From a virus (Duplodnaviria; Heunggongvirae; Uroviricota; Caudoviricetes): 53,208 nt of DNA. Below are positions 44,282-52,978 of the stretch, one piece after another. The translations under genes were made by a program, and so were the position numbers. The stretch lies in IMG/VR virus record IMGVR_UViG_2671181011_000016; one strand, 5' to 3'. Within the stretch, counting starts at the first letter, position 1. Each line of letters opens with the position of its first letter. The notes below the pieces were generated by a model. That model was not told where the DNA came from and searched no databases. It saw nothing but the letters and a program-made list of their open reading frames with translations.

Positions 44282-44535
44282 GCTTAACATCTTTCAACTA
44301 ATCCCGCAATCATCGCCGTTCCCGGCGTGACCTTGCTCACTCCAAGCAAGCTGACTCGTCGCCTTGCGTGCGGTTTCGTGGGGGATGTAACGCTTTAAAC
44401 ACCCCATGCGCCTTGTTATCAGTGCCGCTTTCGGTCCCCCATCGGGGAGTTACTCCACGGTTGACAAGGTGTTAAGCCTGATTTTTAAAGTGCCAGGAAG
44501 TTGCTTTTGTTACCTGCGCCCTTCCTTTGATTCGC

Positions 44536-44578
44536 AATATACGCCCCGTAAAACACCGAGTCAATCCATTTTGTATAC
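44536..44578 (-). promoter_or_regulatory. candidate PL promoter with upstream GTATACAAAATGG motif
   Basis: minus strand: motif (44566-44578), -35 TTGACT, 17-bp spacer, -10 TATATT (44536-44541). Confidence 0.55.
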
Positions 44579-44654
44579 TTTTTTAAAATATTTTATATGC
44601 CATTGATATTTAAATAATAAATAACGTTTTCTGTTTACGTTTTGGTGTTTTCCA

Positions 44655-44683
44655 GGCAAAGAAAAGCCGCCATTCGGCGGCTA
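44655..44683 (-). terminator. rho-independent terminator after cI
   Basis: hairpin GCCGCC-ATTC-GGCGGC immediately 3' of the cI stop, followed on the minus strand by TTTTCTTTG. Confidence 0.6.
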
Positions 44684-44687
44684 ATGT

Positions 44688-45335
44688 TTATGGCAGGTTT
44701 ACGATCTTCGCATCAACCACCACGCCTATAATTTTTGATTCTGGATTCATAGGGATTGGCGGATACAGCGGATTCAGCGAACGTAAAAGCCTTTGACCTC
44801 CATCAATAATCAACTGTTTAAACGTCGGTATCTGCCCTTCCTCAAGCTGGGCTATAACCAGTTTGCCGTCAATAGCTGGCGCGTGCGGGTCAACAAGTAT
44901 CATCGTCCCCGCCGGGATGCTCAACCCCTGCGGCGCGTTCATTGATTCACCTTTGGCAACCAGCCAGTAACTATCATCTGAACAAATAACGCTAGTCGTA
45001 ACGTGTGGTAATGCTGATCGCCTTGTGTCATCCATATTGTTTACTGTGTCCTTCCAGTCAATAACCGGGTAACTACCTAAATCACGCGGCGGTGCGGCCT
45101 GAAGTGTATTAGAAACAGAATCATCAATGACCATACCATCATGTGTAACAGTGAACTGCCGACGACCAAGCGCCCGCATAATCCGCGCAATATCTTCAAG
45201 ATTTGGCTCGCGGCGACCGTTCAGCCAGTGTGACAGGCCGCCTTTAGTTATCCCCATGAGATCTGCGAGTGAATCCTGACTCATGCCCTGCGCCCGCATG
45301 AGCTGCTTTGCTAAGTCATACCATTTTGTTTTCAT
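44688..45335 (-). CDS. cI: CI-type prophage repressor (HTH plus S24 LexA-like autopeptidase domain)
   Basis: 215 aa; N-terminal HTH (QDSLADLMGITKGGLSHWLNG); C-terminal GESM Ser motif and TFKQLIIDGGQRLLRSLNPLYP closely resembling the lambda CI C-terminus. Confidence 0.85.
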   Translation of the reverse strand: MKTKWYDLAKQLMRAQGMSQDSLADLMGITKGGLSHWLNGRREPNLEDIARIMRALGRRQFTVTHDGMVIDDSVSNTLQAAPPRDLGSYPVIDWKDTVNNMDDTRRSALPHVTTSVICSDDSYWLVAKGESMNAPQGLSIPAGTMILVDPHAPAIDGKLVIAQLEEGQIPTFKQLIIDGGQRLLRSLNPLYPPIPMNPESKIIGVVVDAKIVNLP

Positions 45336-45641
45336 GTCGCTACCCTATAACCTCAAAAAGTTTGATGCAAGTCACAAAACGTGTATTTTAAGCCTTGATC
45401 TTAAAATTCCATTTTGTAAACTTGCAGACAAGGTAAGGCCATACTTGCAAAGACGCAAGGAAAAAGATAACGGAAGGCACAAAAAGGCACTTACCTTAAG
45501 CTCTTTAAAAATCCGGTGTCGCTGCGAAGCGAAAAACAAATATCACGCAACGGCGGGATCTGTTCAGCGGTCAGTCACTGCTATCTAATGCTAATGGGAT
45601 GCCCGCCCGCGCGTTCACTCTAACCATAGGAGAAAAACAAG
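45336..45641. promoter_or_regulatory. immunity-region intergenic segment (divergent promoters / operators)
   Basis: 306 bp between divergent cI and rightward operon; CTTGC..GCAAG inverted repeats (e.g. CTTGCAAAGACGCAAG); motif copy TTTACAAAATGG at 45409-45420 (minus); exact -10/-35 boxes not resolved. Confidence 0.5.
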
Positions 45642-45896
45642 ATGAGTATGCACATGATGAATGAAGCATGGAACGTAAAACTTAACAGCCCGATCCAAAA
45701 ACTTGTCTTAATTGCGTTTGCAGAAAAGGCAGACAACAAAGGCCGCGCACATGCTTCACGCGAAGAGATCGCAAAAGTGTGCGAACTGCCACTGCATACT
45801 ACTGTTGACGCATTAAATTCATTGATCCGCAAAGGATTCATTAAACGCGCTGACGAATACGGCGACATTTATGACATTGCATTGCCGGAGGAATGA
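45642..45896 (+). CDS. HTH DNA-binding protein (first gene of rightward operon)
   Basis: 84 aa; RBS AGGAG; winged-helix/HTH-like segment ASREEIAKVCELPLHTTVDALNSLIRKGFIKR; not an obvious Cro. Confidence 0.55.
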   Translation: MSMHMMNEAWNVKLNSPIQKLVLIAFAEKADNKGRAHASREEIAKVCELPLHTTVDALNSLIRKGFIKRADEYGDIYDIALPEE

Positions 45897-45899
45897 TCT

Positions 45900-46958
45900 A
45901 TGAAGTGGTTTAAGCATGATAGCGATGCGAACCGCGATGAAAAACTTCAAAACGTTTTATTAGATTATGGCCTGGAAGGGTACGGGCTTTATTGGTATTG
46001 CCTAGAACTAATAACTTATGACGTAGATCAGCACAATCTAACTTTTGACCTACGACATGACGCAAGAATAATTGCGCGAAACGTCGGATCTACTGAAAAA
46101 CGTATAGAAGAAATGATGAAATACTTCATCGAAATTGGTTTGTTTGAATGTTCTCAAGGCCACATAACTTGTTTAAAGTTATTGAAAAGGCTGGACCAAT
46201 CAATGACTTCTAAAAGCGCTTACAGGGCCGCCATAAACACAGCGAAGGAGCAATTAAAATTAGAAAAGTTAATCAATCCAACACAAAAAGGTCATGATAG
46301 GGTCATGACCGGGTCAGGAAAGGGTCATGAATTAGAATTAGAATTAGAAGTAGAAAAAGAAAGAGAAAAAGATATATACACTTCGTGTATTGTCGAAAAT
46401 GAACAAAAAATGGTCAATCAGGATGGCGCAAACGAAGCGGCGTTGCGTTGCCTGGCCTTCTACAACGACAAGGCAGGATGCAAATGTCGTGATGCGAAGC
46501 CATTCATCGAACTACTGACAGAAACAAAAACACGTAAAGCGTATACGGAGGATGAGATCACATTAGTGATTGAGTGGGCTTTAACGCAATGGCGTAGCCG
46601 TGGTGGAACACCTAAGCCTATAAACATTTGCCGGGTAACTAAATTTGATGGGTATCTGGCTGATGCTGAAAAATGGCGCAAACTGTCAGCCACTGCAAAC
46701 GCTGCCGACGTAGTGGAGGCATTTAACAGCACGTTTGATGGCCTGTTGCCACCTGCCGAACTGGATCGGGATCTTGAACGCAAGATTTATGCGTTCACTG
46801 ACTACCTGAAAGACAAAAGCATCAACGGCTTTGTCGCCTACTTTGAAACGTTCAAAAACACGGCTTCAGATTTTTACTTCGGCAATGGCTTCACAGCGAC
46901 ACTTGATTTCCTTCTTAAACCAAAAACGCTACGTGATACACGATGTGGCGCTCTTTGA
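45900..46958 (+). CDS. replication initiation / replisome organizer protein
   Basis: 352 aa; N-terminus MKWFKHDSDANRDEKL...GLEGYGLYWYCLE resembles organizer-type N-terminal domains; contains phased iterons plus AT-rich tract like lambda O/ori. Confidence 0.55.
   Translation: MKWFKHDSDANRDEKLQNVLLDYGLEGYGLYWYCLELITYDVDQHNLTFDLRHDARIIARNVGSTEKRIEEMMKYFIEIGLFECSQGHITCLKLLKRLDQSMTSKSAYRAAINTAKEQLKLEKLINPTQKGHDRVMTGSGKGHELELELEVEKEREKDIYTSCIVENEQKMVNQDGANEAALRCLAFYNDKAGCKCRDAKPFIELLTETKTRKAYTEDEITLVIEWALTQWRSRGGTPKPINICRVTKFDGYLADAEKWRKLSATANAADVVEAFNSTFDGLLPPAELDRDLERKIYAFTDYLKDKSINGFVAYFETFKNTASDFYFGNGFTATLDFLLKPKTLRDTRCGAL
46288..46382. other. candidate origin of replication: four iterons with 11-bp phasing plus AT-rich tract
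   Basis: GGTCATGA at 46290, 46301, 46323 and GGTCAGGA at 46312 (exact 11-bp spacing), followed by ATTAGAATTAGAATTAGAAGTAGAAAAAGAAAGAGAAAAAGATATATA. Confidence 0.6.
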
Positions 46959-47091
46959 CCAACCACGATCCGCAAAAATCAAAAATTACCCACAAGACAA
47001 CCTCACCAGCGAGCTAAATCGCATATGGTGCTACACTTGCTTACCTTTTTGCGATTAGCTCGTTAGAGAGCGATTCAGAGAGGATTTCAAA

Positions 47092-47193
47092 ATGGACGGT
47101 AAACACGTTTTCGCCCTGGCTTTTGCCATCGCTGCGGCAATCGCTGTTAACGTGGTTTTGTTCGGCGGTTTGTTCCTTCTTGTCAATCCATAA
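47092..47193 (+). CDS. micro-ORF encoding a 33-aa single-TM peptide
   Basis: MDGKHVFALAFAIAAAIAVNVVLFGGLFLLVNP; RBS AGAGAGGA. Confidence 0.4.
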   Translation: MDGKHVFALAFAIAAAIAVNVVLFGGLFLLVNP

Positions 47194-47325
47194 CCTTCAT
47201 ACCAGTCTGTAAATCAAAAATTAGCCACCTGATAGCGCCTCTGGCGCAATAAGACACTGCAACCTGTGCAAACGGGTTACGCGGTGGGATTTTTGCGTTG
47301 TAGCGCGTTTTACGGAGAAATTACA

Positions 47326-48069
47326 ATGTCTGAGTTGATGTGTTTTAATTTTGATGACAATAAAATCACTGCTGTAATTTATGATGGTAAACCTGCTTTT
47401 GTTGCAATGGATGTGGCGCGTGCGCTTGGGTACGCTACGCCACAAAAAGCTATCAAAGATCACTGTAAGTCATTGATAAAAATAAAATGTTCTGAAATGG
47501 AACATTTGGGATTCACTCCAATCCCGCAAGGCGTAACGCTAATCCATGAATCAGATGTTTACCGCCTGGTGATGCGATCAAAAATAGAATCGGCTGAGCG
47601 CTTCCAGGATTGGGTGTGCGAGGATGTTCTCCCTGCTTTGCGTGAAAATGGACATTACGGTTTTAAACCAGCTTTGCCGGATTTCACTGACCCGGTCGCT
47701 GCGGCTCGCGCATGGGCTGATGAGGTGGAACAAAAACTATTAGCACAGAAAGAAGCTGAACGGCTGGCGCTGGAAAACAAGGAATTAGCGCCAAAAGCGG
47801 CTGTCTGTGATGCGATTGTAAGGAACAAACAGTATCGCAACGCAACACAGGTTGCCAGGCCTTTGGGTATGACTGCTACGCAACTCAACAAAAAACTCGA
47901 ACAGGTTGACGTGTACGATACTCGAATTAAGCGCGGCGGGCGTATGTTCAAACAGTGGTTCGTAGATGAAGGCTATGGTGTGGTAAAATGTTCGGATGTT
48001 GGTTACGTACAATCACTATTTACTGCTAAAGGTCAGCTTTGGGTGTCTGAACTTTTTGCGTGTAAGTAG
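47326..48069 (+). CDS. antirepressor (Bro-N plus KilA-C/Ant-type domains)
   Basis: 247 aa from MSELMCFNFDD; RBS ACGGAG; N-terminal Bro-N-like segment (ITAVIYDGKPAFVAMDVARALGY), C-terminal antirepressor-like part. Confidence 0.65.
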   Translation: MSELMCFNFDDNKITAVIYDGKPAFVAMDVARALGYATPQKAIKDHCKSLIKIKCSEMEHLGFTPIPQGVTLIHESDVYRLVMRSKIESAERFQDWVCEDVLPALRENGHYGFKPALPDFTDPVAAARAWADEVEQKLLAQKEAERLALENKELAPKAAVCDAIVRNKQYRNATQVARPLGMTATQLNKKLEQVDVYDTRIKRGGRMFKQWFVDEGYGVVKCSDVGYVQSLFTAKGQLWVSELFACK

Positions 48070-48102
48070 GTATACATTTTGTTAACTGGAGGGATTAACA
48101 TT

Positions 48103-49221
48103 ATGTCGCAAAGAAAAATCAGCGATGAGCAATTGATCGCTGAATACAACAACGGTTTAACGTACAAACAGATTGCTGAGAAGTACGGCATGTCTAAACG
48201 CAATGTCGAGCGCCTGGGCGCAAAACTGGCGAAACGTGGTTTATTATCAACACGCCGCGCGCCTGGTTTTGGCGTCAATGGCGAGTCGTTGCTAGTCGAT
48301 AAAAACGGCAATGTGATCATGCGCTGGATTAAAACAGCCCGTGACCGCGACGAAATGGAACAGTTAATGGAAGCGGCCCGCGACGCTTTCATGGATGAAA
48401 TACCACGCGCGGAGGCTGTGCCAGTGCCTGAAATTGATTTTCAAAAAAGCCTGGCCCTTTATCCGGTGTTTGATCTGCATATCGGGGCGCTTGCTCATAA
48501 AGCTGAATGCGGAGAGAGCTACGATACTGGGATCGCTGAGCGCGTGTTGAATGACTTCTTTGACTACGCCGTTGGCGCTGCTCCGATGTCTGAAAAAGCC
48601 GTTTTGCTTCTCGGTGGCGACCTGCTTCATTCTGACGGTATGGTCCCGGTGACGCCAATAAGCGGGCACATTCTTGATCAAGATAGTCGCTACGCAAAAC
48701 TTGTTTATGTGGCGATCAGGTCTGTCCGGCGGGCGGTAGGTAAAATGTTGTTAAATCATAAGGATGTTGAAATCCAGGTGTTATCAGGCAATCACGATCA
48801 GTCAGGCATGATTTGGCTACGTGCGGCGCTGGCGGCTTTTTACGAAGATGAACCGCGCGTGACGGTTGATGTGTCACCTGCTATCGTCCACCACACACAG
48901 TACGGCAAAACATTCCTTGCTTACCACCACGGGCACACTATCAAAAAGCCGGAAAATTTATTGTCTGCTTGCGTAGCTGACTGGCGTGAGGATTTTGGCA
49001 AGTCTGCGGCGGTTTACGCTCATTGCGGGCACTGGCACCATCAACGGCTGATTGAATCATCGCTAGGCGTTGTTGAGTATCACGGCACATTAGCGGGTAA
49101 AGACGCTTATTCAACTAATGGCGGCTGGCGGTCGCGGCGTCTGGCGGCGGTGGTTATTTACAGCCCGGATCATGGGGAGATCGGGCGCTTTGTTTATTAC
49201 CCTGAATTTTCCATTTTGTAA
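48103..49221 (+). CDS. HTH-domain protein fused to a calcineurin-like metallophosphoesterase domain
   Basis: 372 aa from MSQRKISDEQ (RBS GGAGGG); N-terminal HTH (LTYKQIAEKYGMSKRNVERL); phosphoesterase motifs DLHIG, GGDLLH, GNHD, HHGH. Confidence 0.55.
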   Translation: MSQRKISDEQLIAEYNNGLTYKQIAEKYGMSKRNVERLGAKLAKRGLLSTRRAPGFGVNGESLLVDKNGNVIMRWIKTARDRDEMEQLMEAARDAFMDEIPRAEAVPVPEIDFQKSLALYPVFDLHIGALAHKAECGESYDTGIAERVLNDFFDYAVGAAPMSEKAVLLLGGDLLHSDGMVPVTPISGHILDQDSRYAKLVYVAIRSVRRAVGKMLLNHKDVEIQVLSGNHDQSGMIWLRAALAAFYEDEPRVTVDVSPAIVHHTQYGKTFLAYHHGHTIKKPENLLSACVADWREDFGKSAAVYAHCGHWHHQRLIESSLGVVEYHGTLAGKDAYSTNGGWRSRRLAAVVIYSPDHGEIGRFVYYPEFSIL

Positions 49222-49239
49222 ACCGGAGGCAATAACATA

Positions 49240-50655
49240 ATGGTAACTGAACAAATAAACTCACTACGGCAGGAACGTGAGGCGTCAGTTATCGGCGGGC
49301 TGCTGTTGGGCGGCCTTACTCCTAACGCGCAAGATGTTCTCGCCACGCTTGATCCTGAAGTGTTCACGATCCCGCTCTATAAACGTGCGTTTGAAGTTAT
49401 CCGGGCACAAGCCAGAAACAGAAATCTTATTGATGCATTGCTGGTCGGTGATGAGATTGGTAATGAAAATTTCGTACCGCTAATGCAAACGGCGCGATCG
49501 TGCCCGTCTGCTGCCAACCTGAAGGGATACGCACAGCTACTACGTGAAGAGCACCAGCGGCGGCAGATGTTGGAACTCATCGACGATATGCGCTACAAAC
49601 TGGAAACGGGGACGCTTGAGGTCGTCAAAGAGACGATGAAAGATTTTGATTCCCGGTACTCAAAATTAAAGGTAACGAAAGATAAGATCATTCCGGTTCT
49701 GTTGCGCGATGCGGTACAGGAATATACGGATGTTTTAAGCAAGCGCATGGAATGCGGTGTCAATTCTGACAACATCAAAACAGGTATAGAACCACTCGAC
49801 GAAATGTTGGGCGGCATTAACGCTACTGATTTGGTACTTCTCGCCGGACGCCCTGGGTCTGGTAAATCTGCGTTGGCGCTGACAATTGCCCGCGCTGCCG
49901 CTGAACGCCCTTACCCTGGCAGTAAAGATCAGCGGGTTGGCGTTTTGTTCTTCACTCTTGAAATGTCACTCGATCAGATGACTGAGCGAGCTATCGCTGG
50001 CGCTGGTAATTTATCAACTGACTGCCTGCGCAATCCGGTAAAACTTGATGATGAAGGGTGGGCGCATGTCGGCCAGGGTATGAGCGCACTTGCTAACCTT
50101 GATGTGTGGATCGTTGACGCGTCGCAGTTAACGGTTGAGGAAATACGCGCAACAACGGAACGCATGAAACAGGATCACCCAAATTTGGGTATGGTAATGA
50201 TTGACTATATCGGCTTAATGCAGCTGGCTAAGGCCGAACGTCACGATCTCGCCGTTGGGCAATTGTCGTGGTCGTTAAAGATGATGGCGAAAGAATTGCG
50301 TGTACCAGTGTTGGCGCTGGCGCAACTGTCACGCCGCGTTGAGGAACGACCGAACAAGCGCCCTAACAATTCTGATCTTCGTGATTCTGGCAACCTTGAG
50401 CAAGATGCCGACAGGATCATCATGGTTTACCGCGATGGGTATTACGACGAACAGTCTGTTGCCCGCGAATATATGGAAATCATTGTGTCAAAAAACCGTC
50501 ATGGTAAGTCTGGAACTGTTTACCAGCGGTTTGATGACAACGGTAATATCTTGCCATGCGACCAGGCTCGCGCAGCCGCCGCGTGTATTCAGTCAATGAA
50601 TCATCGCACAAGCCGTTTTAACCAACGAAACAATCAGAATAACACATCTTTTTAA
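49240..50655 (+). CDS. dnaB: replicative DNA helicase, DnaB family
   Basis: 471 aa; Walker A GRPGSGKS, Walker B-like VMIDYIGLM, N-terminal DnaB-like domain; RBS GGAGG. Confidence 0.85.
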   Translation: MVTEQINSLRQEREASVIGGLLLGGLTPNAQDVLATLDPEVFTIPLYKRAFEVIRAQARNRNLIDALLVGDEIGNENFVPLMQTARSCPSAANLKGYAQLLREEHQRRQMLELIDDMRYKLETGTLEVVKETMKDFDSRYSKLKVTKDKIIPVLLRDAVQEYTDVLSKRMECGVNSDNIKTGIEPLDEMLGGINATDLVLLAGRPGSGKSALALTIARAAAERPYPGSKDQRVGVLFFTLEMSLDQMTERAIAGAGNLSTDCLRNPVKLDDEGWAHVGQGMSALANLDVWIVDASQLTVEEIRATTERMKQDHPNLGMVMIDYIGLMQLAKAERHDLAVGQLSWSLKMMAKELRVPVLALAQLSRRVEERPNKRPNNSDLRDSGNLEQDADRIIMVYRDGYYDEQSVAREYMEIIVSKNRHGKSGTVYQRFDDNGNILPCDQARAAAACIQSMNHRTSRFNQRNNQNNTSF

Positions 50656-50731
50656 TTAATCTGAGCAAACGGCTTACCGGAAAGTTTACCGCTTTCTGGT
50701 GGCTGTTATCGCGTTTTAAACGAGGCTAAAA

Positions 50732-51289
50732 ATGAGCGCTGAAATTGAAACAAAAATTATCAATATCCTTGAACTTGATGGCATCGCAACAATGCACCAG
50801 TTACGCCAGAAAACAGGGTTATTGGCTTGGTATGATAAGGATGGAATCATGCCTGAGACAATTAAACACTTAATAAAAAACGGCATCGTCGAGCGCGTGT
50901 ATACATGTTTTGGACGCCGCCGCCGCCTGCTGGGTTATCGCATTAAACAGTTATATGCTGAACGTCGTGAGCGTGTTGCGTCGTTATTTGGTGACTACAG
51001 CGTTAAAAAACGTATGCGCGACATTAGCGCTGAGACTGGTATCCCGTGGAATTATCTTTCTCGTACTCTTCGCCTAATGGTGATTGATGAAACACTTTGC
51101 GTTGATCCAAATAGGCACGGAGTTAACTTTTACTCACTGTTTAAACCTGGGCGATTCGGTCACGCTAATGATTTGGCGTTTGACTTTGACAGCCGCCTGA
51201 ACGAATACCGGAAAAATAACGGCCTGCTACCTGATAAACCAGTGTTTGAGATTGAAAAACTTAACGGTGAAACGGGGTTGGAATTATGA
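50732..51289 (+). CDS. hypothetical protein with N-terminal winged-helix-like segment
   Basis: 185 aa; RBS ACGAGG; no recognisable catalytic motif. Confidence 0.5.
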   Translation: MSAEIETKIINILELDGIATMHQLRQKTGLLAWYDKDGIMPETIKHLIKNGIVERVYTCFGRRRRLLGYRIKQLYAERRERVASLFGDYSVKKRMRDISAETGIPWNYLSRTLRLMVIDETLCVDPNRHGVNFYSLFKPGRFGHANDLAFDFDSRLNEYRKNNGLLPDKPVFEIEKLNGETGLEL

Positions 51290-51492
51290 GACGGGTAATT
51301 TTTTATTCAGTTGAAACGTTTATTGACGAATCTCACTTTAAATTCACACGCGATCCTTGCGGAACGATGGTTTATACGCCTCCACTAATGCGCAAGTATA
51401 AGCACGTAAAATTTAACCGTGCTTTTGTGCCGATTCGTTACGCTTTGCAGGCGTTGCGCGGTGAATTACGAAACACAATGCGTATTGTGTAA
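51286..51492 (+). CDS. hypothetical protein
   Basis: 68 aa; ATGA overlap with upstream gene. Confidence 0.4.
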   Translation: MRRVIFYSVETFIDESHFKFTRDPCGTMVYTPPLMRKYKHVKFNRAFVPIRYALQALRGELRNTMRIV

Positions 51493-51502
51493 GGGGGAGA
51501 TC

Positions 51503-51700
51503 ATGAACAGGGAATTGGATTTGACCGTGGAAGACTTAAGCACGATTGCGGAATACATGCGCGGCGGCGATCCTGATAAGCCTGTTGTTGTTGATATGAG
51601 GTACTTAAAAAGCGCTTTTATGACAAGCTCGCGCCTAATTTCTTTGCGGGCGATCATGTATGCGCGGGCACAGTGGAAAAATAGTAACGGTGTATCATGA
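51503..51700 (+). CDS. hypothetical protein
   Basis: 65 aa from ATG with strong RBS AAGGGGGAG; overlaps ninB start (ATGA). Confidence 0.5.
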   Translation: MNRELDLTVEDLSTIAEYMRGGDPDKPVVVDMRYLKSAFMTSSRLISLRAIMYARAQWKNSNGVS

Positions 51701-52128
51701 GGCAAATAAGATTTGAAATAGTAAACGACGCCGTAAAAGAAAACGCTATCAGGCAGATAAGAGAGATCCAGCCTGATAGCAAAAGCCCGCTGGTAATTAC
51801 CATCCGTGAGAAGACACGCTCACTGAGTCAAAATGCGTTGCTTTGGGCGCTATTAACAGACGTTAGCGATCAGGTTAATTGGTACGGAAAAAAGCTGTCG
51901 CCGGAAGATTGGAAAGCGGTATTTACTGCCGGGCTTAAGAAATATGGCGTTGTCCCTAACCTGGATAAATCAGGTTTTGTTGTGCTGGGTACGTCAACCA
52001 GCCGGATGAGTAAGGCTGAATTTAGCGAATTAATCGAACTGATCTACTCGTTCGGCGCGGAACATGGTGTTCAGTGGTCTGGCGATACGAAGTTAAACGA
52101 GGAATTTATAAAACGCTGGGGGCAATAA
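51697..52128 (+). CDS. ninB: recombination protein NinB (Orf family)
   Basis: 143 aa; by-eye match to lambda NinB (FEI...NAI..I..I.PD...P.V.TI.E..RSL.QN..LWA.L.DVS.QV.W.G..L..E.WK.VFTA.LK...VVPNL...GFVV.G.STSRM). Confidence 0.8.
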   Translation: MRQIRFEIVNDAVKENAIRQIREIQPDSKSPLVITIREKTRSLSQNALLWALLTDVSDQVNWYGKKLSPEDWKAVFTAGLKKYGVVPNLDKSGFVVLGTSTSRMSKAEFSELIELIYSFGAEHGVQWSGDTKLNEEFIKRWGQ

Positions 52129-52304
52129 TGGTTCGTTACTACATGGCTAAACCTACAGGCATTTTGTATAAGATTGATGGCGAATATGTTTATTACTTTC
52201 ACAATCAGGCGCGTGAGTGGCGATTATGTCACGCGCACTTTCAGCACGAAATAGAAAACCATCCTGAATATTTTATCAAAGTTGACAATGTAACGGTGGC
52301 GTAA
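52128..52304 (+). CDS. hypothetical protein
   Basis: 58 aa; ATG overlaps ninB stop; not in the supplied ORF track (below cutoff). Confidence 0.4.
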   Translation: MVRYYMAKPTGILYKIDGEYVYYFHNQAREWRLCHAHFQHEIENHPEYFIKVDNVTVA

Positions 52305-52318
52305 TTGAGGATAAGAAA

Positions 52319-52978
52319 ATGAATAAACTTAAAGTAATTGGCGTGATTAGCCATCGTACTAACCCTGAGTGTTACCCATCGTTTGAGGTAACAACATGCC
52401 GCACAGAATATAATTTTGGATCATGCTATTTAATGGGCATTCGCGCTGACACTGGCGGCACTTATTCTGTTATGGCTGCAAGCTGGAAATTTGAAAAATA
52501 CGATGATTTATCGAATAAGGATGATGACGGCATGAATAAAGAAAGTGAAGTTGTTGATGAATTAATCGAAGACGAACGCCGTGACTGCGAAACGAAACAA
52601 GAAAAAACGGAATGGAAGCCAGGAGAAAAGCCGCCGTGCGGCGTGTGGCTTGAATGTTATTATCCTGATGGTTATCTAGTTGGGATTGTAATGTTTAAAT
52701 TTGTCGGTGATAAATTCGGTGTGTACACTGAAAAAGGCAGTAAACAGCAAGAACATACTATTGATTGGGGTTTTTGTAATTATTTTTTATATGTTGACCC
52801 GAAAGAAAAAGCACTTGCTGAAATCGCGTTTGCACTTGCTATCAAAGTTATGGGTGAAGACGCGGCAAAAGAGATTGACTTTAACCATGACAATGATTTT
52901 TCGTGCGATTATCGCAATATGGCGCAAGCTATTATTGATGGATGTATCGGACACGTTGAATACACGGGGAAAAGATAA
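52319..52978 (+). CDS. hypothetical protein
   Basis: 219 aa ORF; no recognisable domain. Confidence 0.5.
   Translation: MNKLKVIGVISHRTNPECYPSFEVTTCRTEYNFGSCYLMGIRADTGGTYSVMAASWKFEKYDDLSNKDDDGMNKESEVVDELIEDERRDCETKQEKTEWKPGEKPPCGVWLECYYPDGYLVGIVMFKFVGDKFGVYTEKGSKQQEHTIDWGFCNYFLYVDPKEKALAEIAFALAIKVMGEDAAKEIDFNHDNDFSCDYRNMAQAIIDGCIGHVEYTGKR

Noticed and set aside
45283-45588. 101-aa + strand ORF across the cI start and immunity region as a possible cro
   Set aside because: Overlaps the cI 5' end, has no HTH-like segment and no credible ATG start with RBS; only a TTG-initiated 49-aa fragment is possible; not called
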